A stretch of 32,000 nucleotides of DNA. Source: Candidatus Nanoarchaeia archaeon. Its GTDB lineage: Archaea > Nanobdellota > Nanobdellia > Woesearchaeales > JANQNC01. The stretch spans positions 1,260,001 to 1,292,000 of the forward strand of contig JANQNC010000001.1 in NCBI GenBank assembly GCA_028279745.1. The letters run 5' to 3'. The notes beneath the pieces were generated by a model. That model had not been told where the DNA came from, ran no database searches, and saw only the letters and a program-made list of their open reading frames with translations. Position numbers and translations under genes: made by a program. Positions 16,378 to 25,500 of this stretch are shown here, piece after piece; within the stretch, counting starts at the first letter, position 1, and each line of letters opens with the position of its first letter.

Positions 16378-18750
16378 ATGGATACTGATCTTTATTGGGA
16401 AGAAGAGGTAGCAAGCAGCGGGTTCAATTATTTCTTTGATTATGTTATATACAAGCTGAAGGAGAAAAATTCTTTAGTCGGGGAAAAAGAGATCGTTGAA
16501 CAGACCCTGGAAAAATTATATGCAAAACTCAACCTGACAACTGATCCAGAAAAGAAAAAGCTGTATGATCTCTTATTTGACCCAAGAGAATATTCAAAAA
16601 AGTATTCAAAGAAGGCATCTTTCTGTTTAGCAAACAGGATGATAAGCTCTTTAGAAGAAATTGTGGGTGATGCAAATTTTGCTGAGAACGTGGCACTTCA
16701 TGTGATCAATGGGAAATCCAGGAGCCAATACAAGCTCGAGATACAAACTAACCAGTTAGATACAGTCGGCAGGATTGCCAGAAGAGTGAATATGTTCTTC
16801 ACTGAGAAGCTTAGCGGTGTTCTATTAAAAACATATATGGTGTTTACTAAAAATAAATATGAGTTTCTGTTGAATGTTGTAAAGAAAGCGCTGAAGGATA
16901 TATTTCCTTCAGTCAACCTGGAGATTGAGTTCCATAAGAAACATGCTAAACTGAACTATAGTTATAATGATGATAGTAAAATGAAATATCATAGCGTGGG
17001 CATAGAAAACTCTTTCATAAGGCAGGTCCAGCACACGCCCTTGGTGGTGGGTCTCCCGAGTTTTAAGGCTAAACTGATCAAGTCAATAACAAGAGGAGAT
17101 GATAAGACTGTTGTCAGGATGGACTATGTAGAAAGGGGACGAGACACGATCGAAGGTCTGCTATTGAAGATAGAAGAGCAGAAAGCTGCAAAACAGGTTA
17201 TAGAAGAAAAGAACAGGGAAAATGAACTTTTAGTCAAAGAGTTAAGCGACAGTTCAACCTATATAATCGCGGGTAAGATCGCTAGGGCGTTTGCTTACTC
17301 AAACCAGTACGAGTTATTCTTATGTGCGGGAAATTTTGATGCCGCAAAAAATTCATTGAAGGAGGCCCAATCAATGTTTCAAGAAGCAGTTACAGATTAT
17401 GTATCTGTAGATAAGGCATATACAGATGTAAGAAAGACTGATTTTGATTTTGAAAGAATATTGGGGGATTTTGTTGCAGTATCAGCACAAGCAAAACTTG
17501 CAGGCGCTACTGTGAGCTCCTTAAAAATGAAGAAGGTGAGAGGGAGTAATAAAGCAGTCATTATTGAGAGAAGGACAGATCCTCTACAGATCGAAGGTGA
17601 GAGGTCTTGGATAAAAGACTATCGTAAGTTTGACAGGGGAGAGGATGAGAATAATGTCATAAACTATCTTAAGAGAAATTTTTCAGACGACCCTATACTT
17701 AAATTTCCCTCTTTTCATCTCTTTATACGCCTGGAGAGAAATCCTGCGATGGGGATAAAGGAGGATAAAGCTTTAGCTCTGACTACTGAGAGGAACGAGT
17801 CAGAGGTTGATACGCTTTACGATGAAGTTTTAGATGCTGCCAACGCAGAAGAAAGGTTCTCTTTGCTTGAAAAGAAAGTAGACCTGATAGCTAGATGTGC
17901 TGCAGTGGGTCCTTGGCATATAGTAAGAGAAGGAAAGACCCTTCTTCTTGAAGAGGATTATTTTAACTTTCTAAGGTCAGAGTTTGATGGCATAGACATA
18001 TCTTCGATCTTTGCATACTTAGAACCTGTGGTGTCTGCTTTATCAAAGTATCCTATCAGGGGCTATTTTAGAGATAATAATCTGGGCAATTTTTACAACG
18101 ATGAGATGTTTGATTTTGACACTGCACTGATAACCACACCTCTTGCTGATCATGCGAAATTCTTGAATCATGTAAGGCTGTCTGAAGATCGGGAGCGATC
18201 AAGAGCGTTTAAAGAGAAATTTTTGGATGATGTGTTAAAAGCATATAATAGAGAAGCAAAAGATCTGTTGCATAAGAAGCTTGTTCAGGTCGATCTTAAA
18301 AGCTTGTTGCTTAAAAAGATAGATGTCTATTCAAGAAGGTTATACTTGGGAAGTGACGCCATGTCTGATGCTGTTAAAGCTCTGCAATCATATCCTTTTT
18401 CCAGCATCCGAGGAGGTATCGAGATCCTTAAAGGAGAGCTTGAGTCAGGCTCAAGATTAGAACCATACCTGGAAGGTATCATTGAGGATATTGAAGAAGC
18501 GAAGTTTATCTTTTATAATGAGACAATCTTCACAAGTTGTCTTGCAAAAATACCCTATCACCTGAACTTGTATGGAAAAGGGGTCTCTGAGTGGATCGAA
18601 GATGCGGCAGATGCAGTTGACCAGATAGGGCAGGAAAGATTTGAAGAATACCGTAAGAAATATTATCCAGGTGGAGATAAAGCGTCATCAAAGAAGCTTT
18701 GTGGTCTAAAGAAAAGGTTGGAGTCGTTGGAGAATGATCTATCAAAATAA
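16378..18750 (+). CDS. large cytoplasmic hypothetical protein, 790 aa, no recognised domain
   Basis: Uninterrupted 2.4-kb ORF with ordinary, helix-rich composition. No TM, no P-loop, no nuclease or metal motif that I can identify. It overlaps the downstream PHP gene by 17 nt. Confidence 0.8.
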   Translation: MDTDLYWEEEVASSGFNYFFDYVIYKLKEKNSLVGEKEIVEQTLEKLYAKLNLTTDPEKKKLYDLLFDPREYSKKYSKKASFCLANRMISSLEEIVGDANFAENVALHVINGKSRSQYKLEIQTNQLDTVGRIARRVNMFFTEKLSGVLLKTYMVFTKNKYEFLLNVVKKALKDIFPSVNLEIEFHKKHAKLNYSYNDDSKMKYHSVGIENSFIRQVQHTPLVVGLPSFKAKLIKSITRGDDKTVVRMDYVERGRDTIEGLLLKIEEQKAAKQVIEEKNRENELLVKELSDSSTYIIAGKIARAFAYSNQYELFLCAGNFDAAKNSLKEAQSMFQEAVTDYVSVDKAYTDVRKTDFDFERILGDFVAVSAQAKLAGATVSSLKMKKVRGSNKAVIIERRTDPLQIEGERSWIKDYRKFDRGEDENNVINYLKRNFSDDPILKFPSFHLFIRLERNPAMGIKEDKALALTTERNESEVDTLYDEVLDAANAEERFSLLEKKVDLIARCAAVGPWHIVREGKTLLLEEDYFNFLRSEFDGIDISSIFAYLEPVVSALSKYPIRGYFRDNNLGNFYNDEMFDFDTALITTPLADHAKFLNHVRLSEDRERSRAFKEKFLDDVLKAYNREAKDLLHKKLVQVDLKSLLLKKIDVYSRRLYLGSDAMSDAVKALQSYPFSSIRGGIEILKGELESGSRLEPYLEGIIEDIEEAKFIFYNETIFTSCLAKIPYHLNLYGKGVSEWIEDAADAVDQIGQERFEEYRKKYYPGGDKASSKKLCGLKKRLESLENDLSK

Positions 18751-19666
18751 GTACGTTGACTGTCATGTGCACACTTTAAGGTCGGACAGCACAGAACCTC
18801 TAGGTAAGCTGGCAGAGAGGGCAAAAAAGTGCGGGCTTGAAAAGATAGTAGTGACTGATCATCATTGTTTCTATCCTGCAGAGGAGCTTGAACGGGTAAG
18901 CAAAGAGAAAAATATCATCATCGAATCAGGAGTTGAGATCTGGACAACATTCTTAGGATGTGATGTTCATATACTTGGTTACGATCTAAACCCTGATGAG
19001 GTGCTGGTCAAGTCACTGCGTCCTGCGCTAGATGAGGAGAACGAGCTGGCCAGGCGAGCCATCAAAGAGTATATTGATCTGGGTATAACCATGCCTTCTT
19101 TTGAGGAGATCAGGACGAGATCTTATGGGTCCCTTGAGCCGATCTCACGCAAAGAATACGTTGATCTGAAGGATGTTGCGGCAGCAAGACACCATCTGCA
19201 TAACGTGGATTTTGATGCTGCTTTAAGAGAAGTACAGAGAACAAAGTATACTGGAGAATCAACAAGACTTATCGATGTAGAATCAGACTTTGAGCATATG
19301 CCTGTCGCAGCTGCTATCAATATGATCAAAAACTCAAACGGTAAAGCAGTGATAGCGCACCCGGGATTTGTATTTCATACTTCTAGACGACCTAAGATAG
19401 AAGACTGGTATTTTTTGTATGAGCTGTTCAGAGAGTGTTCAAAGGAAGACATAGATGGTGCAGAGATCGTATCTTTGTGGCATGATGAGAGATATGGTTA
19501 CAATTTCCTTGCTGAGCTAAATGCGTCTTCGGAAGATCATGCAGTAAAGAAATACAAAGAAGAGATATATGGGATTGTAAAAAAGTTTAGGCTGCATACA
19601 AGAGGTTCTGATGATCATGGATGCTACAAGAAGCAATTTTTGCTTGAAAGACTATTTAACTATTGA
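18734..19666 (+). CDS. PHP-domain metal-dependent phosphoesterase (TrpH/YciV, COG0613-like)
   Basis: VDCHVHTLRSDS, VVTDHH, GVEI, VHILGY, VIAHPG and GSDDHG match the PHP metal-ligand motifs. Confidence 0.85.
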   Translation: MIYQNKYVDCHVHTLRSDSTEPLGKLAERAKKCGLEKIVVTDHHCFYPAEELERVSKEKNIIIESGVEIWTTFLGCDVHILGYDLNPDEVLVKSLRPALDEENELARRAIKEYIDLGITMPSFEEIRTRSYGSLEPISRKEYVDLKDVAAARHHLHNVDFDAALREVQRTKYTGESTRLIDVESDFEHMPVAAAINMIKNSNGKAVIAHPGFVFHTSRRPKIEDWYFLYELFRECSKEDIDGAEIVSLWHDERYGYNFLAELNASSEDHAVKKYKEEIYGIVKKFRLHTRGSDDHGCYKKQFLLERLFNY

Positions 19667-20554
19667 TTCTGCCAGGTGATTTATCTTCATAAGTACTGTC
19701 AAGAGGTAGTGTAGTACCATCCGATTATTATTGCTGACTTTTGGAAAGAGTTCTAAAGCCTTTTCTTCAGTCGCTTCTCTTTTTTGTGTGTGTTTTGACA
19801 GTGCCGCAAGGTCAACCTTATAGAATACCTCATATGTCCCTCTGAACAAAGCATTTACCTCTTTGTATATATCTAAGACTTCGTTGGTCAATGTGGGCTT
19901 TTCTTCTTTTATCAGATATTTGCATAGGTCCCTATAAGCGTCTGCTATCTGATCAAGTTCTCTTATCAGAGCATATATAAACAGAGTCTTCCTATATTCC
20001 TTATATCCTTTTTTGTTAAGTATCCTTTCGCATAAGTTACATAGCTTATTGTTCATCCTTTCCATCGCTTGAACTTCGTTGAGCTGTTCCATCTTCCTGC
20101 TCGTTATCTTTGTATAGCTTTCGTCAGCCATAGATAATGTGAGCAGGAACAGTCTTCTTATTATCGTATCTATCTCTGTTTGTGACTCCTCCATAAGGTT
20201 TTTTATAAGACATTTCTTGTTATCCTGATTGACGATATCGAAACCCATGAGTTGTTCTGATATCGCTTTCTGCAGTTTGTTCAGTATTTCGATATTGTCG
20301 AACGTTATGTGTATCTCATCATAGCCGTACCTGTACATCGCTTTGATGTCCCTTACGTTGTAGTCATAACCTTTGCTTAGGTCTAATGCGATCTTTTGTA
20401 TAGACTGTCCTTTGTCTAGTTTGAGCACTATCTTATTCTCGTACTCTTCGACATCGATGTCATCACCCTTTTTTATCTTATTCTTCTCTACCCATTTGCT
20501 TGGCAGAGATACAACTTTGGTGAATTTACCTACCTGTACAACTTTCCTTTTCAT
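19652..20554 (-). CDS. AbrB/SpoVT-domain plus PhoU-like domain transcriptional regulator
   Basis: The N-terminus KVVQVGKFTKVVSLPSKWVEKNKIKKGDDIDV is a swapped-hairpin AbrB-type motif. The C-terminal helical repeats resemble archaeal PhoU-type regulators (COG0704-like). Confidence 0.65.
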   Translation of the reverse strand: MKRKVVQVGKFTKVVSLPSKWVEKNKIKKGDDIDVEEYENKIVLKLDKGQSIQKIALDLSKGYDYNVRDIKAMYRYGYDEIHITFDNIEILNKLQKAISEQLMGFDIVNQDNKKCLIKNLMEESQTEIDTIIRRLFLLTLSMADESYTKITSRKMEQLNEVQAMERMNNKLCNLCERILNKKGYKEYRKTLFIYALIRELDQIADAYRDLCKYLIKEEKPTLTNEVLDIYKEVNALFRGTYEVFYKVDLAALSKHTQKREATEEKALELFPKVSNNNRMVLHYLLTVLMKINHLAESIVK

Positions 20555-20830
20555 CTTAAATGGGGGGTTCTATCTAATATATAAATCTTTCCTAAAAAAT
20601 TAGATGGGTATATACTGTTTTGATTTTAGTATTAAAATTATAGTAAAGTATATATTTCATTTTTATTATATTGTTATGGTGGTGAGAATAGTTTCTCTCC
20701 GTAAAGTGAAAAAAGGTATTAACCGAAAAAAAATGAAAAGTAGATTCACATAAAAAAATAGACAAAAAAAGAATTTATGATTCACTACAACTCCCAGAAA
20801 ATAACCATTTTTTCGGGGGGGTGAAAAAAG

Positions 20831-21625
20831 ATGTTATCAACTAAGAATGCAATCGAACCATTGATCGGGCTTGGACTAAATAAGTATGAGGCAAAAGTGT
20901 ACCTCACTTTGATAGGGGAAGGAATCAGTACAGCTAAGAATATTTCGGATATTACTGGAATCCCTTATGGAAAAGTTTATGAGGTTATAAACGCGTTGTC
21001 TTCAAAAGGGTTCTGCACGATACTTCCTTCAAAACCCATGAAGTGTCAGGCCATATCTCCTAGGGATGCTGTGATAAACGCAAAAAAAGATGTTGAAGAA
21101 AGATATGATAAGCTTGAAAGCCACATAGTGTCAGAGTTGGAGCCTCTGTTCGTAGAGAGCAGAAAGTTTGTGGAGCCCAAAGGGATATTCTGGGTGATAA
21201 ATGGGAGAGCAAACGTGGTGAAAAAGATAGATGAGCTTATCCAGAAGGCAGAGAAAAATATATGCATACACTGCTCACCAAATAGTCTTTCAAGACTTGT
21301 CCTGCATAAGGAGCTGTTGAGAGAGGCAAATAAAAGAGGCGTCAACATATCTATAGCAGGTGTTGTGAACAACGAAGTCCTTGAAGAGATAGACTCATTA
21401 GACTTTTGCGACATAAGAAAAGTAAAAAGTGCAAATAACAACTTGTTCTCTATAGACGATAAAGAGTGTTTGATAATAGAGCCGATGCCAGATGATGAGA
21501 ATATATTATATGGAAGAGACTTGGGAGTTTGGGTATCATCCTCTTCATTCACTAAGTTCATGTGCGATTTTTTTGCCACAAACTTTAAGAAAGCAAAATC
21601 TGTTTTTCCTCCTGTCAGTAAGTGA
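20831..21625 (+). CDS. TrmB family transcriptional regulator (paralog A)
   Basis: LGLNKYEAKVYLTLIGEGISTAKNISDITGIPYGKVYEVINALSSKGF is a canonical TrmB winged-HTH. A C-terminal TrmB-type effector domain follows. The GGGGGGGTGA SD-like motif lies 6 nt upstream of the ATG. Confidence 0.85.
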   Translation: MLSTKNAIEPLIGLGLNKYEAKVYLTLIGEGISTAKNISDITGIPYGKVYEVINALSSKGFCTILPSKPMKCQAISPRDAVINAKKDVEERYDKLESHIVSELEPLFVESRKFVEPKGIFWVINGRANVVKKIDELIQKAEKNICIHCSPNSLSRLVLHKELLREANKRGVNISIAGVVNNEVLEEIDSLDFCDIRKVKSANNNLFSIDDKECLIIEPMPDDENILYGRDLGVWVSSSSFTKFMCDFFATNFKKAKSVFPPVSK

Positions 21626-21688
21626 ACAGGATACTTTTTTTTCTTAATATAAAAAATAGATAAATATTCTTTATGTAACTACAAGATT

Positions 21689-22486
21689 ATGGAAAACACT
21701 GACAGAGCGTTTAGGATACTGTCTGATATCGGACTGAATAAATATGAAGCAAAAGTGTATCTAACATTGGTGAGTGAAGGGGTAAGCACCGCAAAGAACA
21801 TATCAGAAATTACGGGGATCCCATATGGGAAAGTATATGAGATAATAAACACTTTATCATATAAAGGATTTTCTATGATACTCCCTTCAAAACCTATGAA
21901 GTATACGGCAATATCGCCAAAACAGGTTCTTTTCTCTTCTAAGAACGAGACGCTAGATAAGTTTAGGAAAATAGAAACAGATATAGTGAACAATCTGGAA
22001 CCTTTGTTTATGAAAAACAGGCAGTTCACACAACCAAAGAGTGTGTTCTCACTAGTCAACGGCAGATCTAGTGTAGTGAAGAAGACTGAGGAGCTGATAA
22101 ACAAGGCTAACAAAAATATACATATCCAGTGCAGTGCAAATTCATTGTCGCGGCTAGTGCTCCACAAAGAGGCGTTGAAAAATGCTGCAGACAGAGATGT
22201 AAAAATAGCTATTGCAGGCATAACCGATGAGAGCAATAAGAAAGAGATAAGCTCTTTAGGGTTTTGTGATGTAAGGCAGATAAAAAGATCAAGAAGCAAT
22301 TTCATCTCAGTAGACGCGAGTGAGTGTTTAGTTGTGACCCCCTTTCCAGACGATGAGAACATAATCTTCGGAAGAGATACAGGAATGCACATACTAAGCA
22401 GCTCATTCACGTCTTTTACTGATAATTTTTTCATATCAAGTTTTAATAGAGCAAAAAAGATTGATTTATCCACTAAGCTGAGATAA
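21689..22486 (+). CDS. TrmB family transcriptional regulator (paralog B)
   Basis: IGLNKYEAKVYLTLVSEGVSTAKNISEITGIPYGKVYEIINTLSYKGF. It is colinear with paralog A over its full length and roughly 55 percent identical by eye. Confidence 0.85.
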   Translation: MENTDRAFRILSDIGLNKYEAKVYLTLVSEGVSTAKNISEITGIPYGKVYEIINTLSYKGFSMILPSKPMKYTAISPKQVLFSSKNETLDKFRKIETDIVNNLEPLFMKNRQFTQPKSVFSLVNGRSSVVKKTEELINKANKNIHIQCSANSLSRLVLHKEALKNAADRDVKIAIAGITDESNKKEISSLGFCDVRQIKRSRSNFISVDASECLVVTPFPDDENIIFGRDTGMHILSSSFTSFTDNFFISSFNRAKKIDLSTKLR

Positions 22487-22583
22487 AAAACTTACCTGAT
22501 ATCTCTTGATTAAAAAAGAATAATAACTTCTTTCCCTTAGACTTTCAAAAAATAACTTTAAACGTAAAAGGGTGAGGGTCAAA

Positions 22584-25500
22584 ATGGTAAAAATAATGAA
22601 CTTTAAGTCTATCAAATCTATTTTATTTCTGTTTGTATTTTTTTTGTCTATCGTAGTTGTATCTGCAGCAAACTGTTGGGATTATGATCTCCAAACTAAT
22701 TGTGAAAGTGCAGACTGTAGCTGGAATGAAGATCCCTGGGGGGGATGGTGTGAGGAAAAAGGATGCTGGAATTTTTGGTCAGAAAATGAATGTACAAGTT
22801 CGACAAGCACTATAAATAGATCTTGCAGCTGGCAATCATCTTCATCAGGTTATTGTGGGGAGTTGGATTGTTGGTCTTTTGACGGGACAAACGAGACAGC
22901 ATGCGTAAATAATACATATAACATAGAATGTGAATGGATAGATGAATATAATGCAACAACCTGGGACTTCCCCTGTATGGGCCCTCCAGAAAAACAATGC
23001 TGGAACTATACAACATCTGAATCCTGCAGTGCGGTTGCAGGGTGTAGCTGGGGGATGTGCTCTAAAAAGGATTGTTGGGACTATTCTGATACGGATGAAT
23101 ACACTTGTGAATCTCAAGTCGGATTCAACAAAAAATCTTGCGAATGGAAAAGCTATTCTTGGGGCAGTGAATGTGTAGAACGAGGGTGTTGGGACTATAG
23201 CAATGTAACTTCTTGTGAATCAAATGGATGTAAGTGGGACGGAAGCTGTATGGAGCTTTCTTGTGGAGAATTTACTGGAGTAAATGAAAGTTATTGTGTA
23301 AGCAACAGCGCAAACCTAAGCTGTGAATGGGATTCAGCAGGTAAGTGGTGTATGGAAAAAGGATGCTGGAACAATGATGAAGGAAGTTGTGACAACGGCC
23401 TTGGCTGTTTTTGGGATACTTTTGAAGGGGGGTGGTGTCAAGAGCAAGGGTGCTGGAACTGGGAAAATAACCAGACAGCATGTGAAGATACAGGTCTTCA
23501 TCCAGGACTTGAATGCACTTATGATGTTAGCGGAGGGTGGTGTTATGAAGACGTTGGCTCCAAATCCTGTGCAGACATCAACGTAGAAAGAGACTGCATG
23601 GATACTTTTTACTGTTGGTGGGATCACTCTCAGAGCACATGCAACGATCCTGGCGCAGGTATAGAGACTGAGTTTGAAGAATGGAACCCTGGCTGTTATA
23701 TCTTTGATATGGATCAAAATGCCTGTGGAAATGTTACTGGTTGTTATTGGAGCGGCGGTGTGTGTGAAACAAACATGACTGTGCTTCCTACTAATGAACT
23801 AAACTGCAGCCTTATACAAGACTCAGATATGTGTAATAACATACCTGCATTGAGCAGCTGCTGCAGCTGGCAAGCTGGAGAGTGTGTGGCAGATAGATTC
23901 GATCAGTCTTGTCGTGAGGAGATGCAGGAACCGCCTGAAGGAGCACATTATTGTGAAGACTATGTGGCATACACAAGCAAAGATGTATGTGAACAGATAG
24001 CGGGAAGCCCCTGGTTTATGCCGTGCGAGTTTGATAATTCTACTGAAAGATGTGAGTTTAAAGGAGATGATGTCTTTGGAGATGGAGACAAGAACATAAT
24101 GAAGATAGACAATGAGATAAATTGTGAAGCTGCAGGAGGAAAATGGATCCTTGACACATATCCGAGTACGAACAATGCAAGCACAGCCGTAAGACTATCT
24201 CTTGGAAGATGTGACTTTAAATTTGATGAAGAAAGAAACTGCAACAAGGAATGTTTTGCATGTGAGTACAAACAAGACAAGACAAATTGGGGTACCGTTG
24301 CAGATGCAAGGAAAGCATGTGTCGATTCAGAGCTTGGACTTTGTAGATTTATAGAAGATCCAGATGCGCCAAACAGCTACGGTTATTGCGAACCAAAAGA
24401 GGAATTCAAGAAAGGGCTTGTAGGGGGAGACTGCAGCACTGATTGTGGTGCATGCACCTATATGGGAGACCCTGCAGCATCAGCAGGAAAAAGGCCATCA
24501 GATTACTGTGAGGGCAGCGATGCAAAATGCAAGTGGGTAGCAGATCCTTCACATCCTGATGATGAAAGCTTTGGAAGATGTGCATCAAAATCCGAAAAGA
24601 CATGTGAGGATAGATGCGATAAATGTTATGATGAAAGCAACTGTCAAAGCACAGGAGGAAAACAAGGAGACTCAAGTGCAGCAGCAGTATGTGAATGGAA
24701 CAATGGAATATGCTCATATAAATCGGGAGCAAGCGAGATGGAAGTATGTTGGGATGGACAGGACAACAACGGGGATAATAAGGTAGACTGCGCAGATTCT
24801 ATGTGCTGGTCAGACCCCTTTTGTGGCGGAGAGTTCATGTTTGGAGACTTCGGAAAAGACTGTTTCATGTTTAACGAACAATCAAGCTGTGAAACTGAAG
24901 GTTGTGCATGGGTAAACGAGAACTGGGGCGCATGGTGTGACATGCCTGGAGCAGTATGCTGGAAAAAAGACGGAACAAACCAGACAGTTTGTGAAGATGG
25001 CGGAAGCTGTGAATGGCACTCAGGCTTCGGAGGATTCTGCGAGCAGGACTGGGATATGGGGGGAGCTGCAAACTCATGCTTCTCAGCGACAAACCAGACA
25101 GGCTGTCAAGCACTATCAGACCAGAACTGCACCTGGGTTATCGACGAATGGTGCAGCGAAAAAGGAGGATTCTGTGACCCAGACCCTTCTTACAGCGGAG
25201 CATGGTATGATTGTGCACAGCATGACGTGGATGGAAATGCAACTTGTGAATCACATGCAGAATGCAACTGGTATGTGGATCCTTGGTGTCAGCAACAAGG
25301 AAGCGATGCAGGATTCTGTGATCACAAAAGCTTTGCGTGCTGGCAGTATGATGACGGTCAAAACATATGTGAGAATTCAACAAACTCAGAGTGGTGTGTC
25401 TGGATGACTGACCCTTACTCTCCTGAAGGAGGATTCTGTGAAGGAAAGATGATGAGTGGAGAATCAGGAAGCTGTTGGGATCAGAGCAACCAGACCAGCT

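Noticed and set aside
19652-19666. 15-nt tail-to-tail overlap of the convergent PHP and AbrB-PhoU genes.
   Set aside because: Short convergent overlaps are common in compact genomes, and nothing further suggests antisense regulation.
20744-20785. Direct repeat GATTCAC at 20744 and 20779 (35-bp spacing) upstream of the first TrmB gene, as a possible operator.
   Set aside because: A 7-mer repeated twice in an AT-rich 276-bp spacer is easily chance, and I did not find it again upstream of the second TrmB gene or the giant gene.
21046-22473. Long antisense ORFs (177 and 264 aa) opposite the two TrmB genes.
   Set aside because: The sense strand encodes textbook TrmB wHTH motifs. The antisense translations are Ser/Leu/Phe-rich with no motifs, so these are shadow ORFs.
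24240-24632. CxxC motifs in the giant protein as possible multihaem cytochrome sites.
   Set aside because: None is followed by His (CFACEY, CGACTY, CDKCYD, CTFCKF). I found no CxxCH anywhere in the protein.
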